Part shown: in pieces, positions 42,501 to 55,600 of the stretch
How positions within the stretch are numbered: the stretch's first letter is position 1
How the letters are laid out: each line of letters opens with the position of its first letter
NCBI RefSeq assembly: GCF_964204645.1
Contig: NC_134029.1
Span: 18,284,950-18,348,949, forward strand
Direction: 5' to 3'
DNA: 64,000 nt
Source: Tubulanus polymorphus
Taxonomy: Eukaryota; Animalia; Nemertea
Notes under the pieces: generated by a model
What the model was told of the DNA's origin: nothing
The model's database searches: none
What the model saw: the letters and a program-made list of their open reading frames with translations, nothing else
Program-made: the position numbers and the translations under genes

Positions 42501-44356
42501 CATTTACTCGATAAACTTGCGTAGTAGTTAGATTTGGTTCCTGACATTGCCAAAGATGGCAACACTGTACAGAGACTCCAGATCAAATCATATTAAAACA
42601 AATGTTTAAGGTCTCCCCAAAACTGCGTAAATTAATTACTTTTGGAACGAACTGCATCATGACAAAACGTGTTGTTTCATAAACTTGCCAAAAAAGGAAT
42701 TTTGCTTTGATACGTATTTAAACTTGCCAGCAGAGTTAGCTCTTTCTATTTGTTTTTATCAAACATTCAAACTTTCAGACTTTTTGATTTACTCTTTATG
42801 TTATAGTATCACTATCTTCGACGAGTATTTGCAGAATGCTCTATCTTAGACGAGCATAGACAACTAGTTTGGAACAGCCCTCTTTTTAGACTTGCCCACC
42901 AAACTTGGAACCATATTAAGTGTGTGTAACTACAAATTTAGGAAATTATGAATACTTTGTAAAACAATTGTGAAGCTTATTATTACAACAACCCTAATCG
43001 TCATTTTAGGGTTTAAAAACTCACTTCTTTATGATTCAGGTCCATTGTTAATATGTATTAGTAGCTGTACATAACAACCATATCTATCCATCATATCTAT
43101 TGCTATCCATCATATCTATTGTCAACTAGCTAAATACCAATAAATGACAGAGGCGGGTATAACCCTGAATTTCTGATTCATTGCCTTTGAATTCAGTAGC
43201 AACGTTTTAGAATGTATGTGTTATGCCAGTGCCAACCAACGTGGGATCTTGAAAACATGGATAACCCGGCCAGCCTGCATAGATCGAGTCCACCACCATG
43301 GAAAATTACTCGAGATCACCGTGGGGACCTCGCAACAGAACAGCAAGTCAATAAATACATAGGCCCCTATAATAATAGTTCTAAGTGAAAAAACATATTC
43401 CCTGGCACGCCGGAATGAGAGTCCTAATCAAAAACCAACTGAGCGCCTGTGACTGGTAACGTGCTAACGATGCATCATTGATGCTGTATCAAAGTACTAC
43501 ATGATATCATCAGATGGCGCATATGTCTGGTCAATTTTTCAAAATGCCTCAATTGATGAAATATGACAAGCCAAGATTATTAGTTCATTACCAACACATT
43601 ATAGATATTCAATCATTAGCATCCTACGATCACCTACATATCCATCATGACCTACACATCTGTCATGACCTCCTACACATCCATCCATCATGACCTCACT
43701 TGTGATGATCTCCTACACATCCATCCACTTGCCACTCACTTGATTTCTAAAGGCAACCCACCAAAGCAGGCCCCCATTTTGGGGGCTCCCCGCTATCAGT
43801 GAAGGTCCCTAACCGCCTTACTGATGAAGCAGGGGCTTTGCCTAGGGGGATCCGAAAAACTCCCCCCATGAGAAAATAGTCTCTCTGAATGAAAATAATT
43901 GAATACAGCAGAATAGAACCTCAATTCAGTAATTTGAATAGAACCTCATTTACAAAGAGGGTTCAGGGGCCCGATAAAAAGTCATTGTTATATCCCACAC
44001 TTTGTTGTTAGAGGTAAAGGAAGAAGGAGGGAAATCTCCAATTTAGTAGTTTCTTCAACCTAGTGCAACATTTCTAAATCAAAAAGGTCCGTTTTCTAGT
44101 CCGACAAACTTTTGCGCTCAGAAGGCACCAGTGGCGGATCTAGGGATCAAATCTTGCGTACTGCTCAAAGTAATAATTGTCACCCAAGTTGTTGGTCGAG
44201 GGTCCCATGCCCTGGCGGGAGCTCATATTCCAGTGCCTGTCTAAGGGGCTCGTCACGATAGCTGGGGGTCGAAAATCAAAGATTCCTAGGTACCGCCTAT
44301 AAAAAAGGTCAATTCTGTATGTTGATTTTGAATCCCCAGCTATCGTGATGAGCACA

Positions 44357-45057
44357 AGGACTTGTCACAGTTGATAGTGAATGAATAAAACCAGTATCAA
44401 AATGACCAACCCCAGTATCCCTGTATGAAAAAAAAGTCCCTAGTTTTTTTTATTATAGGCTACAGGGATACTGGGGTTGGTCATTTTGATACTGGTTTTA
44501 TTCAATCACACTGGGGCTTGCAAACTGGCTTGGATTTTATTTCCGAGTTGTTGATAATCTCGCAAGAATGGCGCTAAATTTGAACTGCAAATAAATTCAA
44601 AATATCACGCCTGCTGTGACAATATTGATGCGGTGGAAACCACTGCGCATGCGCAGCAACTTCTGAGCGCTGGTGAGCTGTCGATCAAACAACACATTAC
44701 AGTTTTTCTACATCAAGTCAAAAATTGATACTTTCCTTAGTTTTGTGATTGCCTTGGCTAGACAAGAGGTTTTTGAGAAAAATCAATTTGAGGTAGAAGC
44801 CGTTTCATCCCTTGTTATTTTCTACAAAGTAAGGCGTCACCACCCCCGCCTGATAATGATCCTTAACGACCAATTGTTCATTGGAACTTTATAGCGGATA
44901 AATAAATAAACAATATCAACATAAGGTATTTCCGTGATATTTTAAATTTCCAGTTCAAATTTAGCGCCATTCTCGCGAGATTATCAACAACCCAGAAATA
45001 AAAATAAAATCCAAGCCAGTTTTCAAGCCCCTGCGTGATCAATTGTGACAAGTCCCT
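44357..45057. mobile_element. Long-TIR foldback element with a nested perfect hairpin
   Basis: Outer ends ggacttgtcacagttgat / atcaattgtgacaagtcc; ~100-bp arms 44513-44609 vs 44933-45031; inner 44-bp perfect inverted repeat 44382-44425 / 44461-44504. Confidence 0.85.
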
Positions 45058-45918
45058 CCGGCCTCCCCCTGGCCTGTGTGTGGTTTGTAAGTAATGGTAG
45101 TCCTGCCTATTGCTTCATACGACAACGTCTGAAGTCGCAATCCTCGGTAACTCGATCCACCCCTAACTGATGATGACAATTATATAGTTTGATTAATCAC
45201 TCACCCATAAACTGTCAACGCCTATCGCCCCATCACGGTCATGGTCCGTGGCTTTCAATAATAATGGCCAGCGTTAATATTGCGCAATCACTTTTGTACA
45301 GTTTTTGTTGCAGATGTAACAAATATCTTCAAAGCGCAAATGGTTTCGAATCCTTATGACGTAACTACTACATGGAATTAGCGCAATTGCAGCCCAGTCA
45401 ATCCGTATCCAATACATACCGTATTCCGCCATCCATTCTTCTTATAAATGATAAAGAATTACCGGTATGGTAAACGTTGCCCCGGCTTTGTATAACAGCA
45501 TTGATTTCCAGATGTTTCACCTCAATATTTCTCTAGGGAAGCCGTAACTGCCTCAAATAATTTCCGAGTCCTTTTTAGCATATTGTACCAATTTGATCAA
45601 AATGAAAGATCATTATTTCCTGTCTGTGGTTTAGTCTCACGATCGGATATTAGCCCATCCGATTATAAACGTTTACCACCAACGATTAGGTAAAGTCTCC
45701 CCCAGGCAGAAAGAAACTGGACTGTAGTACGGCTTCAAATTGAATACCGGTATACTATTGGTACCAAATAAGCCAATTCAATTATAAAAGTTTACTACCA
45801 CTAATTAAATTCCCTGAAGTCTCACCAAAGATATTTGGACACGTTACACAACTTATCCTTATTCCCTGCACATCAACAAATGAACTAAACCAATAGAATT
45901 TATCTGTATCAAGGTAGT

Positions 45919-45924
45919 TTTATT
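45919..45924 (-). terminator. Candidate polyadenylation signal (AATAAA) of the A2M-like gene
   Basis: tttatt on the + strand ~590 nt past the stop codon, followed on the minus strand by a GT/T-rich stretch (ggtttagttcatttgttgatgtg). Confidence 0.5.
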
Positions 45925-46512
45925 ACATATATATATATTTTTTTTTTAATCATCAATGCCCACTAGGCTCCAGTAAAATGCAATTATATAAATCATAACC
46001 CAGACTAATGTATAATCTATGAGTATTATCGTAAATATGTCACCGAAATAGGTACCGTATATAAGAATATCAGTCATTAAAAATTCATTCACAGTGATTA
46101 AAAATAAGTAAAAGTCAAATACTGTATTAAAATTTCATGTTTATCCTAATGGGGAAGTCCATATTCCTATTCTTAGTTACCGAAAATCGATAAGTAAATG
46201 ATTTGTTCGTTTTGGCAAAAAAGTCATTCATAGCCTAAATGCAGTTAAATATAGTACTGTACCGATAATGGCAATATTTTCCATCAATAAACTAGGATCA
46301 CTATCAACTACTATCAAAATGGTTATTACCCCGAATATGCTAGAATAAGTGCACATCGAGCAACATCTCGGAAATCTGCGAGACAAATCATCAATTGATA
46401 CCACAAAATATACAATATTCATGAAAATAATACTTGTTAGGTAGGATCAGATACTAACACAAATAAATTTCAGTGTAAGACGATTAACTAAAATGGTCAG
46501 GAATTTTCAAGT

Positions 46513-46682
46513 TTACATTGAACGGCAAGGATTTTTCTTCCAGAGGAAATAGAGCTCGCGTTCGATTTCGCGCGTCAGCCGCATTCCAACGGTTTCATCG
46601 GTAAGCAATAATGTGTCGACGTTGTTCTTTTTCATTAGCTGATTTTCGTTGATGAAGAACGCGTACTTGTCATTCGGAGGCG
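46513..46682 (-). CDS. Last coding exon (NTR/C345C-like, part 3)
   Basis: APPNDKYAFFINENQLMKKNNVDTLLLTDETVGMRLTREIERELYFLWKKNPCRSM*. Confidence 0.8.
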
Positions 46683-49600
46683 CTACAAAATGTTAAGAAA
46701 TTTTTTGGAAAATGGAATACAAATTACCATCATGTACGAAGGAAATAAAGTACACATCTCAAGCTAATGTGTGTATGTATATAACCTCCTGTGTGGTTCA
46801 CTCAGGTCAACAGAGAAACCCCACTGGTGGTCCTATATCAGGGTGCCCAATTTTATCTGACTTGCTTTTCCCCTGACTTTTCCCCGACTATTCCCTGACA
46901 TGCATGTTGTTTTTCCTGGCTTGATCCACTAAGAATCCAATCAGCTAACACAGTCAAATATATAAGACATAGACGGAAACTTCAATTCTTCACACGATCG
47001 TAGCAATCTCAACAAATTTCCCTGACTTTTACCCGATTTTTAGCTTTTCTTACAAAATTCCCCGACCATTCCCCGATTTTCAGTTACCCGGTAAGTGGTC
47101 AACCTGTTTGTAAATATATAAACTATCTAACTGAGAATCCAGAATGGCAGTATCATAGTTCCCAGTTAACTGGATCAAAACGATAAGTTTGACTCTACAT
47201 AAAAGTTAATATTAGCCACAGATATATTCTTACCATCTGCCTCGAAAAAGTCGCAGTTGCACATACCATCCATCTCATATTTGACGTACTTATTGACAAT
47301 AACCTTTCCGCGGATGTTTGCACCAAATTTAGCCATCAATCGCACTCGCCCATCTCTCAGAATCATCGTCTTATAAACTACGAATGATAAACAACATCCT
47401 GAGTTATACAGCACAGATTTAACTGAACCATTCACTTTTCCGAATAATACTTTTACCGTACACGGTTTGGCACTGTATTCTGCCAAAGTTAGAAGTTATA
47501 TGGAAATCATAGGAAGTATTGATTAAATGAACTAATCAACAGATCATCAGAGCAAGATATTGGCTGAGCCGATAAAGTGAGCCTTATAAAATCAGGGGAC
47601 AACCCCAGAAAACGTGTGGGAATTGCATCCACGCTTTCTCTGGCTCTGAATTTTTCAAACCTCTCTGTAATAGAACTAGCAGAAGACTTGTATCATGCAC
47701 TGCCCTAGTGCTATACAAGGGCTTGAATCTTAATTGTACTGATGCACAACATACCTGATGCATGGTCGCAGTAAAGTGTCGTGATATTAACTGCTGCAGA
47801 ATCAACTGTCACACACACCGGACAGCCAAGTTTCTTATCCTTTAAAAACAGAAATATTTCTATCAGATGATCATTTTGCTAGTACTTGTAAGATATGGCC
47901 AAAAATGGAAATCGGTTTTAGACTGCGAGCTGATAGTGCCCTCGTACAAAACTTATAAGCCCAAGACCAAACTCGAATTGACTGAATTGGTATATATCCT
48001 GCCAGTATCAAACCTATACCACTGAAAATCGAGAATGAATACGAATGCAAGTACCTGGTTTTCTTCAACTGCTACTTTTTCAATCGTCTTTCTTCTAAAT
48101 CCTTTTGGAGCAGCCAAAGATTGAGGCTGAGCCGGCGCTGGCAGTCTAAGCTGCCCAGCGAATTCACCGGCGGAAAGTCGATCAAATTCCTCTTGGGTAA
48201 GGTGTGGCAAATCCTCCTTTGTTGCGGTCAATCTTTTGCAGCCAGGTAAAATTGAATAGTCTTGTATGACGTTCAGGTCTGAAATAATCACAATCAATAT
48301 GTCAACGTGTGTAGTTTAATTCAAAAGATTGACGAAATCACTGGAAAATTAATTAAATTAGTCGAACAAAGGATATTTCCTACCAGTTTCATAGTAGTCA
48401 TAAACTTTGACGTAACCGGGTTTAGCAAAATCGATATCCATATGTCGTTCAACATCAAATGATAAACACTTTCGCTGCGCGGTCAATTCGTTATAGTACA
48501 AGTAAACATAATTCTTGCTGACTTCGAACTTTTTGATCGCACCATCGGCGCGTTGAACGAGTTTCTGGATGGTTGCTTTCACGGGTATCCAACCAGATAC
48601 CATACGTACTTCGATAACGGCCATGTTGGAAGCGCCATCTGGTCGAGTGTATCTAAAAACAAGATACAATACAAGATTCAATGTCACAGGTAAGATGTTA
48701 CTAGAAGGCTTTTTACCTAATTAAAGAACTAGTGAAGTGGAGCCAGTTCTTAGTTAAATTTGAGTTGAAAATTAGTTAATTTCCAATATCTTGATCCTGA
48801 GTCCAATCTCAACCCTTAAGTTACCAATCTCACAATTTTGCGAGCACCGAACAAACATGTCGTGTCTTTTGCAACTTTTATGACATCATATTGATTGAAA
48901 TGGTTGGTTGGATGGTCAGTTGAATCTACATTTTATGTTCTTTTTTGTTAAATCGAAGTAAATTATTGGAAAAACATTTCAGTTCATTTTTGATTCTGAT
49001 TTACTATCATACCGGTACGGTATGTGATCTCCCGCACAGCAAGGGAGATCTTGGGAACTTAGATAACATACCCATGGGATACTCTTTCACGGGTTTTCAA
49101 GCACAGGCCCTCCACCAACTAAAGATGTCCCATGCCTGGTGGTGGGCACGGGTAGTAAATTTATAGCTGAAGTATATATAGCAACACTATAGCAAAAAGT
49201 AAGTAGTACCAGTGAGAAGAATTATTCCCTTAACTACTGCAAATTTTTTGCTGTATTGGTATAAGCCATTGAAGCAGAGGTGATATATTTTCGGGGGTCT
49301 ATCATGGCCCCATATTTCAACTAAATAGGCTTTGAATATTTCAAACATGTGCAAAAAATCGCTAAGAAATCACTGACTCAAAAACAAATAAATACTGTTA
49401 TCCTAGGCAGAGGAAGCGAATTCAGGTCACCCATGTCTGTGTAGGCAAGCACACTATACTAAACAGCTGGATGCTCACAGCGGGCAACTGTTTATTTTGA
49501 TCAGTGTGCGCAGTGACGTCACGTAGAGCGTCCCAACTTAAGTGGTCCAAAACTCTATCTGAAATTTAGCGTATCCGCAAAAATTTGATCCTAAAACATA

Positions 49601-52600
49601 CATATGACCAGTATCTTTCATTTGGTACCAAAAACTTGTTCAAGCATAGCGCACAGACCGCGTCAACCCCTAACAAAGTTTCGCCGTTTGTCTCTTATAG
49701 TATACGGTAGATTAATCCGGTAACCTTACTGTTAATTTATGACTTAGGAACTGGGTGATGATTAACAACAAAATTCTTTTAACAAAACTAGGGACGAGTT
49801 TAATTTTCTATCTTTACTTACGTAGTGCAAATGCCAATACTTCTTTTTTTACATTCACCTCGTTTCCTCGATACAATAGTGTTCAGCGTAAAAGCTGGAG
49901 TTAATTTTACTGATTTTTTGATATTGTATTTTACGCTAGCCTGAAAACGACAAAGGATACACACGCATAACAGAATGACGCTAATCCATGTAAGGTATGA
50001 TTAGTTTGGAATAAGGATTTGTACCTGAAGAAGAGCACATCCCGTTCCATTGGCAGAAATGACCAACAAATCTGGTACTTGGATTGTCCTCTTTTGCAAC
50101 AATAAACGGTTATCATCATTCACCGAGAAGGAGACGCCGGCTAAGTGTGAACCTTGAGCTGAAGTGTACACCAACGATTCTTTCTTGTGAGCTAGAGCCG
50201 CATAATCGGCAAGCGCTTGCAAGGCAACGATCGTATCCTGCGTAGACGTGAAACCTCCGGCTGAATTTCTCTGTCGCGCAATCCATTTCACAATCGGCAG
50301 AGCTTCAGCCACGCCGGCTGCTCCTTTGTGATTCAATAATGCCATCAACGCGTAAGATGTTAACTCCACATCGGCCGAAGCGGCTTGATGATGAGGCTTC
50401 CAGGACTCAGCGACTTCCATGATCGGTTGAGCGGGCCGCTGCCAATGGGTCATACCATCTGAAAAAGAATTTATAATGGCAGCATAATTCCCCATGGTGG
50501 GGTGAACAATTAATTGGATAATCCTGATTCTACATGAAGACATGCATCCTTTGACACTGCTAATTATTACTAACACTAGTATCAAGACCATGAGACAACT
50601 GATTCCATCTATGGACGAATGAACAAATGGATGGATGAAAAAAGTGAATGCAATAGCCCACCAAAACTCACCATCGGTATAGCAGACTCCACAAATTTTC
50701 TATATTTTACCTGAATTTATCGAAAGTGTTAATAACACAGCCATTAGATCCAACGCTTTTTTACTTGATGGATTGTACAAGGAGTAGGTATAAGCCATCA
50801 ATGCTACAAGATATGGGTCAGTCTGATCAATAGTTTGCGACTCCAAGCAACCCACAGCAGCTACCACAGCAGTTGACTGAAAGACAAATAATTTTTATGC
50901 ATCTCTTTTGCTTCATAAAGCTTTAACCGCATTTAACCTGTGAAATAGTACATATGTTAAAACAAATGTAAATGGTTGATAATATCTATTTCAAGACTGC
51001 AGATAATATGGAAATTAGATGTCTAGTAATACGTTATTTTATTCAATAATGGTCGATTCACCAATAAGCCGCTCTCAAGTCATTTCTTGGATGCTCAACT
51101 TGATGAAAACTTTATAGTCCCTATCGAGTAAGTTTACTATATTTTGATCTCTGAACTATACTACCATAGTTTTACTTTATTTACCTCTGAACCCAATCCA
51201 GCTTCCAACATAGCCATCAAAACAAATGTAGTCAATCCTACAGTTGATGAACCACCACTGAGACCACCTTTCATATCTTTATGCAAAACACGGCCAACCT
51301 TGAAATATAAAGCAGATATTCACAAATTGATATACTGATGATACTTCATATTGAACATCCATAAACTGGACCCGATTAGGCAAAACATTTTACATTAAAT
51401 ATCTTTTTCCCTATCATCGGGAAAAGATGGAAATGTCTGTTGAATTAAGCTTCTCAATTACTACAGTTGTTATATGAAAATGAAGCCTATGTCTAGAAAA
51501 CCAATAGTACAAGTACAAATGTTCAAGAGTGGTGAAACTTAATCAAACCTGAGGGAAACATCCATTTTCAAGTTGTTGCGATTTGAACCAGTCGATGCTC
51601 TTCTGCAGATGTTCATCGTCGATGAAAATATACGGTTTCGATTGGGCAAAAGATTTAACAACGAAAGCTGTCAACCACATACTACCAGACGGGTCACTAT
51701 TACCAAATGCACTGAACGAACCATCATTATGTCTGTAGTTTAATTCCCTTTGATATCCTGTAAGCAAGATTTAAGACCTAATTTTTTTTTTTTACAATGG
51801 GATACCAACAACGATAGAGTGACAAGCAAGGATTCAGTGATAATCCAGGATCGCTATTGGCACCGGGCTTACCGCGCTTCAATTTCCATCTACATTTCAA
51901 TGAGTGAAAAAGGGAATCTTATATCTATGCGATGACTTATTTGATGTTTAGATATGGCAACCTAAAAATCAAGTTCAAATTTCATTGAAAATGAACTGAT
52001 TCTTACTAACAAATAACCCAGGAAGAAAGACACTCTGAATATTTGGATGGATATATGAAAGCTGTGGGTACTGGAGTGTGTAATGGGTAGTGTAGTGTGA
52101 TCTGTGTGCATTTGTGGCCAGCACACAGATCACATTGTTCAATGGGGTTTGGTCCAGGACTCACGAGATTTTCAACAACACGGAAGTAACGTGTAATAAA
52201 TGATGACTTGAATTGCATGACTACCTACTATCCCTCATTATTGTTGGAAAACTAAACGTTCGGCACTGACTAAAAATTAGTAATAACATTTTAGAAATGG
52301 CCAGAATTTTAACTTAGGTTCTATCTCATTTTTATTTTACAATTGCGATTGGTATGATTTTTTTTAAACGGCCGTTAAGGCTTCATGTTTCGTCTGCAAT
52401 TCACTGCAAATAGTTACGCAACTACGCACATTTCAGTGTTTTTGGCAGCTGTACACTCAATCGGCACCGTTCGTGACTAGCTTCACTACGGAATTATCAT
52501 TAATTAACATCGCCATATCACATCATCAACTTATATTGTGCCTTAAAACCCTAACAGCCGAAATAATTGAAATGCACACACGACTTCTATCATTGAAAAT

Positions 52601-55600
52601 TGAGAGAGTGGCCATGTTTGTGTTTACTGCTTCGCGTAAATCCCGGAGTGGGGCCCATACGTCCAGTGTTTTGTTGCCCCATCTGGTGAGTGATGGTATC
52701 CTATTGGATAGATGCGTAGGAATTCTACTACATGTCTTAAGCTACGGTATATCTAAAACTGCAGACAAACCTCTTTTCATGTGTGCGAGGGCTTTTGCTT
52801 CAACATTCGGCGTTAGTTGTTTGGTAGCAGTGAGATATTGCAACACGAATATATTCGGAGTAAATGTGATCATGTTCTGTTCTCCACAGCCAACTGGAAC
52901 AGTTAGCAGTTTGTCCAATCCGGATAAAGTCGGTCCCATAAGATCACCTGGAGTCAGAGATAAATCAAGATCATGTTTAAGTTAACCTACCGCTACGTTA
53001 TATCCACTCCACAGTGGCTCTCCCTCTCCCTCCCTGATAAGCCCTTCTGGAATTAAAGCCCAACAAAATTGCGTGAAACACATCAATTACTACGGGTGGC
53101 CACTTTTATCTGACTTGCTTTTCCCTGACATGCACGTTGTTTTCCCTGATCTGCTAAGAATCCAATCTTTAATCACAGTCAAGTACATATGTTATTGACG
53201 GAAACTGTTTGATTTTCCATGCAATCTAGCAATTTCAACAAATTTCCCTGATTTTTAGCTTTTTTCTTTTTTTTACAAATTTCAATAATTTTTTTAAGAA
53301 AAGAAAATTCCCCGACTTTTCCATGATTTCCAAGTGAACAGTATTTAAGGTGTTTCCCAGAAAACACCTGTATAAAATTTCCATGCATACCAACAACTGA
53401 GAGTTGAGCTCGTGCAGAATCAGGGACGAGGTTTTCAGGCAGATTTAAATCGAATGTGGTAGAGTAACCGCGGTAATCTGCAATTCAAAAAGATCAGAAA
53501 ATTGATCATGAAGTGTGCCATAATTGAAAGATATTGAAAAGGAATCAAAGAATATGGTTACAACGTACCTGGACACACTAATGAGCTCAGAGAATATTCC
53601 TCCTCAATTCCTTCCGCCTGAAATACAGACAATCATTCAAGTTCAAACATCAGTTTTAAAGAACAGTCAAAACCAATGCTCAGTTGCACCACTTATTCAT
53701 ATTTATAGGTTAAAAGCAGTAACTATTCTTCGAAGAAAATCTAATCATCTAGAAATGTAGCTACTAGATCCATGCCTCGAATGTGATGGTCCACGGGCCG
53801 GGGTCAAATTCATGATCCAAGTTTAACTCACTGGCTAGCCCATTGCTGAAAGTTAAAAATGGTCTATTAAGCCGAGCCCAGACGACTTACCTCAACCAGT
53901 AGTTGCCTAACGACAGCATCAGATGCCCCTTCACCGGTAAGTGTCTGAGTTAAAATGATATTTCCACAAACCAATGATTTATCCGATGAATAAGCCTACA
54001 ACAATAAGAACCTTGTGCTTGAAGCTAAATTCCTTGATATTTCTCTAATGCTGAGGTTACCATTGATAGTTTTATGTATGATCTTTCAAAGGATGCATAC
54101 GTATGACATGTATGCTGATTTAGATTAGCTTGAAAGGAAATTGTACAATTTCTATTTAAGTAGGTTTTCATCGCTAGTTGCCTACTTACATAGACAGTTA
54201 TATTAACTTTTCCGAGAGTTTTTGGAATGACATAGAATGTATGCGACTTCTGCTCATTCGCACACACGCACACGGCAGCGTTATTGGTTCCATTTATTGT
54301 ATAATCATCCGAGTGTCTCAACGTCAAATCAATCTGAAACACGAACAAAATAGGCACGACTGAAAGAAATGACATATAAAGAATTCACTGAAATTTACAA
54401 GAATACAATTATTGCACGGCTCAAAATGCTATGGCTTCTCGAAGAAAGAATGAGCTCCAAAATAAGTTTTTTGATGTAAGGGGTTAATAATTGACTACCA
54501 GGTATCTAGGGAGATAGTTGGAAATTTAATCAACTGCGAGTCAAATGTGCTAGGTTTAACTGCATCTACAGAAATGGATGGCGGGAGTGATAACAGGTCG
54601 TCCCCACACGAACCGGATTAGCAAATTCAACAGTAGGGAAATTCAAACATTTCGTCTGGGACACACGTCGTAATCCGAGTGACAAGCGCAGTCAACTGTA
54701 TATATGAACCATCTGAAATGTTCAAATTTTTGAGTCACGTGCCAGTATTGGAAATCCTATTGACATTATTTTCGTATCATACTTACAACCAGGCACTGCG
54801 TTAAGTAGTTAAACACGGTCACTAAAACCGGCACCTTCTCGCCACGAATGACTGAGTAGGGAAGAGTAAATGACACAAAGAATGGCTGAAATCCTTTGAC
54901 GCGAGTGACTTCCGAGAGTCCCATTCCCATCTGTAAATTCGTGCACAAACTTCTTCCAACCCATTCTGTAATTGTGTGCGGTAATCGTTTCTCGAGATTC
55001 AATTCACCAGTAGGCCTAAAATTTGGAAAAATATTCATTAATGATATTGAGAGTACTAACTTTAACCCCAGGGAAAACTCATGAATTTCTTAATAGCGTG
55101 TTTGCGGTACTAGGTTCTGGGCTCAATGGTGACTGTTTACTCATTGCCTGCCAAACATGTACTGGTACGTTCGATATTTCCCATCCCTTGCCCGCCAAAA
55201 CCGTACTGGTACGATTGGCTTGTTTCTTAACTCAAACGATGGCGAATTCATCACACAACACCAGGTAGTTTAATGCCTTTTACTACTAGAACAGATTATC
55301 ACCAGTCAAACGATGCAGTGTGTTAGTTATATCATATATTGATATGGGGTCTGAAAACGCATGAATGGGCATATTTTCTGCAAAATAACCCCCCCCCCCC
55401 GCAATGATATATCAGTGCGCGAGCACCTGTGAAGATAAAGATGGGGATAACACTTCGTTGCCGGGTAAAACCGATATAGACAATTCACTGACAGGTAGGC
55501 TCTTCATGTGCCTCAAGACTTTCCATAATTCGTAACGATTATGGGAACCTAAATACAACAGGCTATGATGGTCATAGCTAGGATCCTGGGTACAGACAAA

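Noticed and set aside
900-45000. Short ORFs of 60-138 aa in the ORF track
   Set aside because: No recognisable domains or coherent exon chain; many overlap MITEs, microsatellites (ER-repeat ORFs at 27640-27936 and 30091-30450) or the minisatellite. Small exons of an unrecognised gene cannot be excluded.
47584-47664. Alternative terminal exon RGLKNSEPEKAW...CPLIL*
   Set aside because: An AG and a compatible phase exist, but the peptide has no family resemblance and the DNA looks repeat-derived. The three-exon Cys-rich ending is more coherent.
50672-50710. Strong alternative donor (GATG|gtgagt) extending exon 50711-50876
   Set aside because: The extension contains an in-frame TAG.
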